Of a stretch of DNA of 64,000 nucleotides, positions 51,213 to 64,000 are shown one piece after another. Each line of letters starts with the position of its first letter. The first letter of the stretch is position 1. A program made the position numbers and the translations under genes. The notes under the pieces were generated by a model, which saw only the letters and a program-made list of their open reading frames with translations, did not search any database and was not told the DNA's origin. Source of the DNA: Octopus vulgaris (Eukaryota); the NCBI GenBank assembly GCA_951406725.2, contig OX597821.1, positions 90,644,001 to 90,708,000 on the forward strand, read 5' to 3'.

Positions 51213-52440
51213 CTCTAAACAAACATTAAAATACATTATCTTACATTACATGTATTCAACATTATTATTGTAGTGCTGGTAGTATTGGTGTGGTTGTTGT
51301 TGTTGGTCGTGGTGGCATTGGTGGTGTTGGTAGTGGTTGTTTGTGGAGAGCTAGAAGAGATTCAACAAAAATCATACAAATACCACATAAACACAAATAC
51401 AAAAATTAATGAAAAACGAGGGAAAAAAAAAATGAAATGAAAATGAAAAAACAAGAAGCAATATGTTTTTATTGGAATAAATACAATAAAAGCCTGCTAC
51501 GGATTGTTCCAGAAGAAGAACAGCATGTAATATATATAAAGCAGTAAGAGAATGGCATTTACAATAGGTCTACATCAATCTAGAAGAACCTGGTTTTAAC
51601 CCCTAACTTTAACTATATATATATTTTTTAAAAACTACTCTTTAGATAAATAAAGTGGGAAGAAGGAATTTTATGGAACAACGAAGAAAAACATGCCTTT
51701 GGCATTAATATATCGCATTTTGTTTTAGCAAGATCAACCCCTATTGCTCAGATAGGGTTGTTAGATGGATCAATAAGTGATATATGTGTGTACGTATGCA
51801 TCTAGATATGTATGTAATTATACTTTTATCTTTGTATGTTTATGTGTGATTGTGTAGATTGCATGTGTATGTAAGATGCGTTTGTAAATATATATTTATA
51901 TGCAAATGTGTCTGCGATTATGTGTGTGTGTGTGTTGCAAGTGTATGAATTTGTGTTTGGAAATTAAGATAGACATAGAATATGTGCTTCCTCATACATG
52001 ATCTCGTATCAAAACATATATATTGCACATGTGAACATGTCCTTACAGCTTTATATGTTTGTGCGTAAAAGTGTGCACATATGTATGCAACTTTCTTTTT
52101 ATCTGTCTATGTTTGTACATATGTAATAAGTGTACATATATATACATGTGTGTGTGTGTGTGAAACATATATATACACACAGTATACCATATATATATAT
52201 ATATATATATATCAATGTATGTGTGTGTTTATGCATGTAGACACACTCACTTTCCTTCAATCACAAACATCATCACTAACACTCCATGACTATCGGTTAA
52301 AAATCCATTTCTCCATGTCGTGATTTACATGAATATTGTGTGAGTATATATACACATATATTTGCATTTAATTCTCCCCTTTTTTCCCATTCTTCTATAC
52401 ACACACAAATGTATATATATATATATATACACACACATAC

Positions 52441-52487
<47 letters not shown>

Positions 52488-53964
52488 TATAAACATACAT
52501 GCAGACACATACATTTAGTCGTACATGTACACTCTAATTTTCCCCCTCATTTACGAGAACAGGTGAACAGTGCATCTCCTGTCTCTCCAAAGATAAAATT
52601 CCTGTCAGTATATATATGTTTTTTTTATTTATATTTTTGTATCATTATCTGTTCTGCATGGAATTTTTATTTTTCTTGTAAAAACATTTTGTTTTGTTTT
52701 CCCTATTGTCACAGTTATTATTATTATCACCCTCAGTGTAGTTTATCTCTAAGTGCTCTTAGCAAAACAAGTCCCTGACCCTAATCTTCTACTCAATTAA
52801 AGCTACTATATTTTTGCCTGACATTGCACATGCACTTGGAACAGGCATAAACATCCAAACTTCAGCTTCCTTCCATTTAATAGACCAGGCATCATGCTGT
52901 TATAAAAAAAAATAACTTCATCATTATTATCATCAACATCAACATCATCATCAGCAGCAGCAATAATAGAAATATTATTGTTATTAGTATTATTGTTCAT
53001 GTTATTATTGAGGACAGTTACTGTCTTATTCAGCAAATCTTACTTCAATTTCTGCAAGTGCCACTTGTGGAGAAAGCGAGGGTTGAGAAGGAAGAGACAC
53101 ACTCTAGTATTTTTGCTGTATATTTTTGTTATTGTTCAGCAGGCCAATGACTATATGCATTCTTGTAGTGACTATTTGATTCCTGATTTTACTTATGAGT
53201 AAGGAACACAAGACCACATATTTTGACATGTTCATTTCTTAAGAAAGTGAGGTTTGATTTGATGTAGAATTGGCCACTAATTCTGGTAGGTCAGGACTCT
53301 CACATTGGCTAATGTTGAAAGGTGTAGGTGAAAGTGACTTGTGCGAATAGGCTTATTATTTGCATGTTCCTGAATGCTGGAGATCATAGAAGTCTTTAGA
53401 GATACTCTTAAAAAGGAAAATAATGCACTGCTAACACAAAGTAGGACAGTGTTATTGACTTATGAATGTTTAATATACTTGGTTGCAAAATGAAATATAG
53501 TGTTCCTACCAGCAGTTAAGAGGAAAAAGGGTACTGTTGTATGGCTGCCTGATTGTAAGGTTCTTAGTTTGGTTTCAAAATGTAGACGTGTGCTTCAATA
53601 CCTAAAGTAGAAAGAAAAACTAATTGGCTTTTATTATACATATATTTTTATCATTTCAAGATGTTTTGTGATATTCATGTATTGAATTCAAATTTCACCA
53701 AGGGTCAGTACACTATAGTACCTGCTGTGCACAGGAGTTAATGTAATCAACACCTTCCTCTGAGGAGCATTGTAAAAATGTTAGCAATTAAACCCCTTTA
53801 CTCTGAGGATCAGTGAAAATAACAACAAGTGTACAAATAGACAAATCACAAACATATTAAATTAAACTGAAATTCGAGCACTGTGTCATTGGAGAAAAAA
53901 TAAAGACAAATCTTATAAGAGAATTATTGTGAGAAAAGTTTTAAAATCAACAATTCTTTTGCAT

Positions 53965-54164
53965 ACTCTTTACTTACTTGTTTCAGTCATTTAACTGCGG
54001 CCATGCTGGAGCACCGCCTTTAGTTGAGGAAATCGACCCAGGGACTTATTCTTTGTAAGCCAAGTACTTATTCTATTGGTCTCTTTTGCCGAACTGCCAA
54101 GTTACGGGGATGTAAACACACCAGCATCAGTTGTCAAACGATGTTGGAGGGGGGAAAAACACAG

Positions 54165-54213
<49 letters not shown>

Positions 54214-54378
54214 TATGACGGGCTTCTTTCAGTTTTCGTCTACCAAATCCACTCACAAAACTTTTTTGTCGGCCTAAGGCTATAGTAGAAGACACTTGTC
54301 CAAGGTGCCACACAGTGGGACTGAACCCGGAACCATGTGGTTGGTAAGCAAGCTACTTACCACACAGCCACTCTTGTG
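53965..54378 (-). mobile_element. CORE-type SINE, full length
   Basis: Family match. Confidence 0.9.
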
Positions 54379-55904
54379 CATGTATAATTACTCAAAGTGA
54401 ATTAGTAGATATTGCTCAACTGCTGCATAAATTAAACATGAGTATTGAATATCACTTTGAAAGTGTGTATTGACATGAGAACATTTTCCATGGTAAGGCA
54501 AGGAGGAACGTTGAACAACTTTGCTTTGCAACTAATGGAAGTGATATTCTAATTTCCATCCTCCTACCCCTGCCCCAGAGAGAAAAAAAAATTTCTTCTT
54601 GAGATCCAAAACTTTTCATGGACAGCTAGTATTAAACTCCTTTATAATGATCTGGTTCTCCTGGTCATATAGATAATTTTATATATGTCTATTCCTGCGT
54701 TTAACATCTGTTTCTTTTTTTGTATTAGTATATGGCTGGATTGAAAATTATTTGAAGCAAGATTTTACATACAAGTGCTCTTCCTGTTGCCAACTCTTAC
54801 ATGCTTTCATGTAAGAATTTATGCATTCGTTTATTGGAAGGGGAGGAGTGTAATAATAACATGAAACTTGGAGTGGTAATGTATCAATCAGGTAGATTTG
54901 TCTCTAATTTGTTCATTCAAATAACAGCCACCATCATTCATTGATGAAATATCTTTTATATGTGTGATCGACCTTTGCTAAATAACAGCTAAATACAACT
55001 CAAATCATCCTCTCCCTCTATTTCATCATCGACATTGTCATCATCACCATCATTAATCACATCATCATCAACACCAATATCATTTCTGTCTTTATATTTA
55101 TTGATTTTAATCTGGAAATTTTTTTTTTTTGCTTGTTTTTTTTTCCTCCTCAAATTCGCTCTTTGAAAAAAATGTTTCCAAAATATTTTCTCGTCTTTAT
55201 ATATTATATATTTTCCCACACACCTTACACTACCTTCCCCTCATCCCTAAAAAAATGTTTGCCCCAATTCCTAAGCCAAGGGTTGATGGGTGATGAGACA
55301 GATGGCATGGGGATTTATAGGGAAAGGGGTGGAAGGAAATACGTTGTAATTTTATTTTTGAACATTTCTGTTTAACTTTTCCAATTTTTGTAATAGTGAT
55401 TGATATTCATGTAAAATCAATCAATTTTAGACCCACCATATCTCCTTGTTCTAGCAAACAAATAGTACAACTACCATTACCAAAAAAACACTCTTGTATA
55501 ACACACTTGATACCATTCATCCCTTTACCATCAACGGATGGCCAAGGCTACACCAGCATCCTCTTCACCCATGCACATCACTCAATTGCCTTTCACCTCC
55601 TTGTATTGTTGAAAACATTGGTTGTGTTTGCTGCTGTTTTAGTTGTTGAGATTAGTGTTGTTGTTGTTGCTGTTGTAGTAGTTGCCGAAGTCATAGTCGT
55701 TGCTATATTTCTTTCCGTCACGCCTCACTTGGCAAGCACAATTGAATGATGGACTGCATTCACAAACTCTGTGATTATGTTACCACCACCATCAGCACTA
55801 CTGCTGCCGTCGCTGCTGCTACTACTACTACTACTACTACTACTCTTCATTATGATTGATAGTCATTTTCTATCTGTTCTTTATTATGCGCGTGCTTTTG
55901 GTAT

Positions 55905-56630
55905 TTACCTTTCATCCTTTCCAAATCGATAAAATAAGTATCAGTCCAGAATTGGGGCAAAGAAGTTGACAACACACCTCCCACAAACATTGCTGGCCTT
56001 GTGCTGAAATAAAAAATTAGGGCTGGCAGAATCGTTAACACTAGGTGCAATGCTTAACAGCATTTTGTCTGTCTTTATGTTCTGAGTTCAAATTCTGCCA
56101 AAGCCGACTTTACATTTCATTCTTTCGGGGTCAATTAAAATAAGTACCAGTTGAGTACTGGGGTGAATGTTATCGACTTTACTATCCCAACCCATCGAAT
56201 TTGCTGGCGTTGTGCCAAAACTTCAAACCATTATTATTATTGTTATTCGGTGAGATGGCAGAACCATTAGCATGCCATTAGCATGCTTTGCGGTATTTCA
56301 TCTGCCGTTACGTTCTGAGTTCAAATTCCGCCGAGGTCGACTTTGCCTTTCATCTTTTTGGGGTCGATTAAATAAGTACCAGTTACACACTGGGGTCGAT
56401 GTAATCAACTTAATCCGTTTGTCCCCTCTGTATTTAGCCCCTTGTGAGTAGTAAAGAAATGGGTGTTTCATCTGCCGCTATGTTTTGAGTTCAATTTCCA
56501 CCGAGGTCAACTTTGCCCTTCATCCTTTCAGGGTCGATAAATTAAGTACCAGCGAAACACTGGGGTCGATGTAATCGACTACTCCCCGCCCCCAAAATTT
56601 CAGGCCTTGTGCCTATTGTAGAAAGGATTA
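55905..56630 (+). mobile_element. Four head-to-tail or nested Deu/Nin-type SINEs
   Basis: Core motif repeats at about 55910, 56115, 56345 and 56520. Confidence 0.85.
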
Positions 56631-57276
56631 TTGTTTGATTTTTGCTTTGTATTTGTACAAGTTGGCTCCAAATCTCATCCAGACACCTCAAGAGACAACA
56701 AGTTAGAAATTCATGTTGGTGTTATGCCTATGGTATCATATATTTGGTTTTGCCCATTGCATTGTTCTAGAGAATGGTAAGCCTGGTATCATTTTCAAAT
56801 AGGTTTCAGTATCTGTTTTTATCATTCCTAGAGATCCTACAATCACTGGTACTGTAGATGCTACATTTTTTCAATTTATATTTACAAGTCTTTATATTTA
56901 CTGATCTTGTCAAATTCTTTCGCCACTATATTGTGATCGCAAGCAATACACATGTCAAATGAACATGAGAATTGACATGGTTATTATTATTATTATCATT
57001 ATTATTATTATCATCACCATCATCATCATTATTATGATTATTTTTTTTATTAGTTATCTTTGTTGTTCTTTCTCTGTAATCTGAGATTTTAAATTTAAAT
57101 ATATATATACAAGCATGCATACATATACATAAATACACACACACACATGCACACACGCACACGCACACACATATACACACGTTTCTATATACTCACATAT
57201 ATACATATATATGGATATATGCGTCTGTATATATATATGTATATATATATGCATATATGTATGTATGTATGTGTGC

Positions 57277-57667
57277 ATCATTGCCGTTGGCTCCAGCTCG
57301 TATCCAAGCCTCGGGTTCATCAGTTTCTTTCCAGTCTCCTCAGCTGATGTTTGAGTTGAAAGTGACTTTGAAGTCCTAGTCAGTGGTGAAAGTGTCATGA
57401 GCAGAATTTGTACACAGAATTTGTTGGTTCAGGTTGAGGGTGTTGAAAAAAATTCCTTTCTTTTCCTGCATTTTACCTCCTTATTCTGTTGTCTGTTCTG
57501 CTGAGAGGAGCTGGCTCCATTGTGGATAGAAGTCCCCCCAACATGTCTTAGCCATAGCATACAGGGCAAAATTCTTGGCAATCTGTTCCCATGAGGATTG
57601 CTGGATGTTAGTTTGAGCTAGGGTCCATTTGAGCTGGTCTTTAAAATAGAATTTTGGACCTCCTCTG
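57277..57667 (-). pseudogene. RTE/BovB-like LINE 3' fragment
   Basis: RGGPKFYFKDQLKWTLAQTNIQQSSWEQIA resembles the BovB C-terminal GGQKKRFKDTLK..L....I....WE..A. Confidence 0.65.
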
Positions 57668-57848
57668 CATATATATTGCACATATATATATGTGTGTGTG
57701 TGATTATGTATATATATCTATATGTGTGTGTGTGAATATGTATATATATTTATAAATATATATGTGTGTGTAAATATATATATATGGTATCTATTGTTGG
57801 TGTAGTTCTTATGGATTCTTATTACAATTTTTGTTGTGTTCTGTCATT

Positions 57849-57886
<38 letters not shown>

Positions 57887-57948
57887 TTACATTGTTATTA
57901 TTTTGCTGCTCTATCAAATCTCTCTCTTCCACTGCAATAACTTGTCAG

Positions 57949-58020
57949 CTATTCATCATGATGAACAAAGCAGAAAATTGCAAACTTGCCACAGCTTTAA
58001 GAATTTGGATGGGATAATCT
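57949..58020 (+). other. Candidate 72-nt phase 1-1 exon
   Basis: Pyrimidine-rich acceptor ending TTGTCAG, donor GTGAGT, open frame IHHDEQSRKLQTCHSFKNLDGII; no recognised protein. Confidence 0.3.
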
Positions 58021-58073
58021 GTGAGTCTTTTCAGCAAAAGCATTCAATGAGTGATTACATTAATATATATATG

Positions 58074-58131
<58 letters not shown>

Positions 58132-58149
58132 TATACCTGCTGAAATCAT

Positions 58150-58203
58150 TTTGTCTTTATTTATTTGTTTTTTTTTGTTATTGTCTTTTTTTTTCAGGTA
58201 AGA
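58150..58203 (+). promoter_or_regulatory. Candidate recursive splice site (3' splice site immediately followed by a 5' splice site)
   Basis: Long U-rich tract ...TTGTCTTTTTTTTTCAG|GTAAGA. Confidence 0.45.
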
Positions 58204-58537
58204 ATAGATCTATTGAAAATAAGAGGTCTGTGTGTGTGTGCGTATATATAGATATATATGTATGTATGTATATATATATTGGCCTGTGCCCATGACTTTA
58301 CAGCTCTCAACTCAACTTTGTTTCTTTTGACACACACATACATGCATACCCATAAAGTTACAGATGTTTATGTGTGTATGTATTAATGTTTATATATGTA
58401 TTTATATATACCTGTGTTGTTATCTATACACACATATCTATCTACCTATCTACTTCTCTATTTATCTATCTATCTATTTACCTCCCCCTCTCTCTCTGTT
58501 TATACATGTGTGTGTGTATATATATATATATACATAC

Positions 58538-58602
<65 letters not shown>

Positions 58603-59149
58603 TACGTGTGTGTGTGTGTGTGGTGTATGTATATATTACATAAACGTGTTTGTGTATGTAGGTATGTTCTTTCTCTATATATTCACTCAATGTCTTAGAA
58701 CAGTGATTTTGGTGAATGATAATAGAAAGAACAGGATCAATCATTTGTTTATTTTTTATATTTCTTTCCCGTCAGTTTATTTCTTCATCTCTAATATGTC
58801 CATTCCCCAGTGTGTAAAACTAACATTTTTTAACCAATTTTTCAACTGATATTAGTTTTCTAACTCTGCAATATATTGTATTGTAAGACAGCAATTCTCA
58901 GTGAAGTATTTTAAAACTTTTGACAAACATTTGTATATTACATCTGTGATTATAGATTCAATACATCATATATAAATATGTGTGTGTGTGTCTGCATGCA
59001 CACACAGAAGCACGTACACATACATACATTCATGCATACATTCATACATATATACATGCATATATATGTACATATATATATATATATACTTTTGTACAGG
59101 CATATATGTGTGTGTGTATATATAAACACATATATACATGTCTGTATAG

Positions 59150-59181
<32 letters not shown>

Positions 59182-59241
59182 TTTTGTACAGTTATAGATG
59201 TGTGTGTGTATATATAAACACATATATACATGTCTGTATAG

Positions 59242-59303
<62 letters not shown>

Positions 59304-60023
59304 ATATATATATATAAATATGTATGTATATACATGTGAGATGCACCATGAGTTTGTAAGCAACCTACTTGAATATTGATGTGTTTATGCTAACGTCATG
59401 TTGCTCAAGTGGACAAAGGTTCCCAAACAGTTCAATGACCAGATGATGTCATTATGTCATCCTAAGAAACTCTAGATTCATAATGGCCAATAGTTAACAA
59501 TGAATTTGAGGCATTAAGTAAATTATATATAAATCTAATTCTTCTTTTTACTTGAGGTGGGTGTCTATCTATTATAAATAAAATAAACACTAGAGAAAAT
59601 AGACTCACATATATGTTCTGCTCAAAAACCAAACTATAATGTTGGTGTTAATATATCAACCAAGAAACTTTAATGAAAACTTTGCTGAAGGTGAGAAAAA
59701 AAGAACTTAGCTTCTTTGTTAATCCTTGTCAAGAAAGTTAGACGTAACAATCCCTGATTTTTTTATTGTTTTAAAAAATTAGTAAAGTTGAAATAGAATG
59801 TGGGCAATTCTGTGGGTTTTGAGATTGACGTTATTAGGCTTTTTTTTGCATTGTGTAATCTTACTAGAGATATATAAGTTCTTTGATGATGTCTTAGTTA
59901 GTTCAGAGAGCTAAATGAGATATTGCACATTTGATATTATATGTAAATGAGATAATCTATACAGCACTTTTGAATTCCATCTATCAATATAATCCAAAGC
60001 ATTATCCTTTATCCATATTTGCA

Positions 60024-60066
60024 CCATCATCATCATCATCATCATTATTATCATTATTATTATTGT

Positions 60067-60141
<75 letters not shown>

Positions 60142-60208
60142 CACTACTACTACTACTGCTATTATTATTATTATTATTGTTATCATTATTATCATTATTA
60201 TTATTATT
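60024..60208. repeat. (CAT)(TAT)(TAC)n microsatellite
   Basis: Directly visible. Confidence 0.95.
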
Positions 60209-60696
60209 AAGGACTAGTATCTTCTAAATATCATAAAAATGGAGCTAAGTAGAAGCCCATTAAAACACCATTAAAACAAACATTAGAAATCGGTAACATC
60301 ACAGTTAAGCAAATTTTAAAAATTATTCAGTTTCCTCTGAGACAAATTTATATCAAAATCTAAATTCTTGCTTCAGCATCTCAGAAAAATGTCATTTTAG
60401 AATTATCCGATATCCTTCATATCACATAGAAGAGATAAAACACAGAAATGTCAAAAAGGACCTGCAAATAAAAAGTTCCTCACCAAGTTACATCCCTGGG
60501 TGAGGTTTTAACACTGAAGACTAGCATTTGCCCAAGGATGCAAGTCTCATCTCTCCATACCACCAATATGTTTCAAGGAGAAGCACAGTACAATAATCTC
60601 TCAACTATCGGGTGTGTTATGTTCCAACTCACTCCTCATGCTAGGTGTATCTATTTATTTTCTTATAAATGCAAAACAACACCACAGAGGAATTGA

Positions 60697-61028
60697 CATC
60701 ATCATCATCATCTGCGCTAGCATGGGTTGGACGGTTCGATCGGGGTCTGGGAAGCCAGGGCTTCACCAGGCTCCAGTCTGATCTGGCAGTGTTTCTACAG
60801 CTGGATGCCCTTCCTAACGCCAACCACTCCACGAGTGTAGTGGGTGCTTTTTACGTGCCACCTGCACAGGTGCCAGGGGGGGTCTGGCATCGGTCACGAT
60901 TGGTTGGTGCTTTTTATGTGCCACCTGCACAGGTGCCAAGGGGGGGTCTGGCATCGGCCACGATCGGTTGGTGCTTTTAACGTGCCACCGGCACGGAAGC
61001 CAGCCAAGGCGGCGCTGGCATCGGCCAC
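60697..61028 (-). mobile_element. Meta-type SINE with 3 internal subrepeats
   Basis: Same family as 48058 and 7500. Confidence 0.88.
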
Positions 61029-61986
61029 ATAACTTTAAATAATAAACTACAATAGGTGAACCGTGATAAGTAAACTGTGATATGGTGTGGGATTACTGCA
61101 GTGTAAATTTAATACTGGCAATGTCAAGGATTTGCCATGAGAATGAAGAGACCCAAACAATTAGTGCAAAACATCCTATCCAATGCATTAACAATTTTGC
61201 TAATCCACTGTTTTGAACAGCATTCATAATACTCTTATCATTGTGAATACTTATTCAAAATCATGAACTTCACTGTATCATTTTTGTCAATATAAACTAC
61301 AATATATTTTCCAATTTACTTTTACAGTTTTTAGTTTTAGCTATTTAGCTATTTTATAATTTTCTTTTGCTTCCTTTTTATACTGGCATTATAATGTTGT
61401 ATCTCTCCCTCTGGAAATTCTGGTTCTAACTCAGAATTCCTCGTCAGCATATCTGAATATGTTACCATATATTAAATTTATTTTAATATTACTTTCCAAC
61501 TAAATGATCTCCTGAGTTGAATAATCAATAAACTATTTCAACAGACACACTGAAATATGTATTGTAAACTAGATAATCAATCATTTACCTCATCAACACC
61601 CAATGAAAAATATTTCTTCATCATTAATCAATAGAATAGTCTAATGAATAATCAATAAACTATTGTACTGTTATCATGGAATGGCTGGTTGAGTCGATAA
61701 GATGCTGGACTTTGGCTAAAGGGTTGATGATTCATGTCCTATCAATGGACATTACACTATATTTGTAATAAATATATGAGGTACACCGTTTCTGTGTTCA
61801 AGATTTTTGCTATCCACATACTCTTAAGTTCAAATCTTTACAATAAATTTTGTCTTTTGTCTCTGCATATAGCACAGAACTCTATTTGCTCGAGTAGTCT
61901 TACAAACATACAATATAAGCTGCTTGCATTTCATGGATGTGTATTTAGTGAGCTGTAGGGAGAATCCAACTGTTTAAGAGTATTGT

Positions 61987-62206
61987 TTAGCATTTAAACC
62001 GGCCATATCCGGCCAAAAATATTCTACCTTTTTTTTATGTTCAAACTAGCTCTATCTGGTCTCTCACACCAACCCTACAATATTGTTTTAAAAAATTAAC
62101 AGCTAACTCATCAAAATCTCATCGTTACAAGATAATGCATGATTAGTTCAAAACAATGTAGATGAAGAAGCATTAATTTTGGTAGAATAATGCGAACACT
62201 AAAGAG
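61987..62206. mobile_element. piggyBac-type MITE, family 1, left end eroded
   Basis: Collinear with 18946; ends TAAAGAG|TTAA. Confidence 0.8.
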
Positions 62207-62431
62207 TTAAAAAAAAAAGCTGGCCCATTTATGTAAGCAAGGAAAAATTACCTGATCTACTTACTTTGTTGTGAATAAAGCACAATATACAGTTGTGAGA
62301 AATTGGGAAATAAATATCTACAGAATGCTTCACTTTAGGGACCCATTTAAGTGAACTTTAAGGTAAATCCTAAACCAGTGGCCAAGTACTGGCAGTTAAT
62401 TATTATGATTATTAAATTTATTGAAATGATA

Positions 62432-62591
62432 AGCAGGTGTGGTTGTGTGGTAAGAAGCTAGCTTCCCAACCACATGGTTCCGGGTTCAGTCCCACTGCAT
62501 GGCACCTTGGGCAAGTGTGTTCTACTATAGCCTCAGGCTGACCAAAGCCTTGCGAGTGGATTTAGTGCACAGAAACTGAAAGAAGCCTGTC

Positions 62592-62637
<46 letters not shown>

Positions 62638-63427
62638 ATGTATATATATATATACTCTCTCTTCATCTGTCCCTTTCTCCTGTCTTTTGTTCTCACATGA
62701 CCGCTAGCCACTGCTGAGCGCCCTTTTCGTTCCAGCAGTCGTCGAAGCAACACGTATTTGTTCGTCTCCCTGCGGCCATTAGGCACTACTTCATAAGCCA
62801 GCCCCAACTCAACTCGTCCTGTCGAAAGACCCTTGTCCTACGTCCTGGTTTTGTTTTGTTTTTTATCTTTACCGTTATTGTTTTTACATTTTTGTATTCT
62901 TATTGGTGTCACGTATTCTGTATTTTTGTTCATGTACTCCGTTCGTTTTCCGTCCTCGTGTTGTATACATTTGAAGCTTTCTTCCAAGGGATCTAATGCG
63001 CTTGGCTTAGATTTTCCTTTGGGGGGCTGCCCAGATCGGAGCAATCTCAAGATTAATCAGCTGAAATTGCGAAGATGATCTGGTTCTTGACCGATGACTG
63101 AGGGCTTCGAATGTCCCGTCCTGTGTTTCTTGTGTCGTCTCTTTGGTGTTTCATGTTCTTGTCCATGTCTGTATTTATTTTTTACTGTTTACATATATAT
63201 TTATATTTATATTTGTATGTATGGGTTTGTGTGTCTCTGTTTGTCTCCCCATTATCACTTCATAACCGATGTTGGTGTGTTCACGTCATTTTAGCATAGA
63301 GGTTTGGAAAAGAGACTGATAGAATAAGTACTAGTTTTATAAAGAATGTCCTGGGATTGATTTGTTTGACTAAAGGTAGTGCTCCACCTTGGCGGCAGTC
63401 AAAATAACTGAAACAAGTAAAAGAGTT
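62432..63427 (+). mobile_element. CORE-type SINE with a ~535-bp repeat (62655-63190) inside its internal (TA)n
   Basis: 5' half at 62432-62595 and 3' half at 63220-63427; the insert is related to 14730 and 33180. Confidence 0.8.
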
Positions 63428-64000
63428 TTATCCCTTAATTATTGGTTAATGTGTTGAAACATAGGGTTATCAGTTTGTACACTTGCAGAATATATCAGGT
63501 TGGAAGCATAGAGAATTACAGGCAATCATTGGGAAATCCTTCATAACAAATATTATCAACAAAAGAACCTGCGCCATGAAGGAGGCTCTATACAGCGGTT
63601 CAACCTGCTAGAAACAGCAGCTGAATTTCCATCACTGTATATCCTACTATCATATAAAAGGTAAAGGTATCTGTATTATGAAATCTGAAAACAATACATA
63701 CTCACATGCATATACATACACACATGCATTTGTACATACACACATGCATGCACACACACACACACACAGTCATGTATATACTGAATTGTTATCTATATAC
63801 TTGGTGTATTTGTCTAATTGCAAGTAACTGTTATAGGTCTGCCCAAAGTGCCAAATTAGGAAAGAACAGCAACAAATGATTTCTCAATTTGTAGACAGAA
63901 GAAACAGAAAGAGGCACACTGCAGAATTAGCCAGTTCATAAATGTTGACTCATTGATGGTCTCTATTTTATGTGCCGTTTTGAGTATTTTCCCTGCATTT

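Overview
AT-rich eukaryotic genomic DNA with very dense microsatellites. The SINE repertoire and simple-repeat load fit an octopod cephalopod (Octopus-like); this is inferred, not searched. No intact, recognisable host protein-coding gene is present, and nearly all listed ORFs are translations of microsatellites or SINEs. The window is a mosaic of several tRNA-derived SINE families (CORE-, Deu/Nin-, V- and Meta-domain types), RTE-clade LINE fragments, a Gypsy integrase/LTR remnant, a mariner deletion derivative, piggyBac-type (TTAA) MITEs, a non-autonomous Helitron and many Penelope-like element (PLE) pieces. The main signal is about 9 hammerhead-ribozyme (HHR) motifs from at least 4 families, most in short inserts beside (TA)n tracts. 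Two of them lie in direct repeats flanking a Naiad-type GIY-YIG endonuclease ORF, and one family has an extended, covarying stem II. Other signals: recurrent fold-back hairpins at insertion ends, a twin-priming-type inverted RTE insertion, an ~80-bp target-site duplication, head/tail shuffling among SINEs, and a strong AG|GTAAG recursive-splice-like site with candidate symmetric exons, which suggest a long intron on the + strand. Coordinates were read by eye; repeat boundaries may be off by a few to tens of bases.
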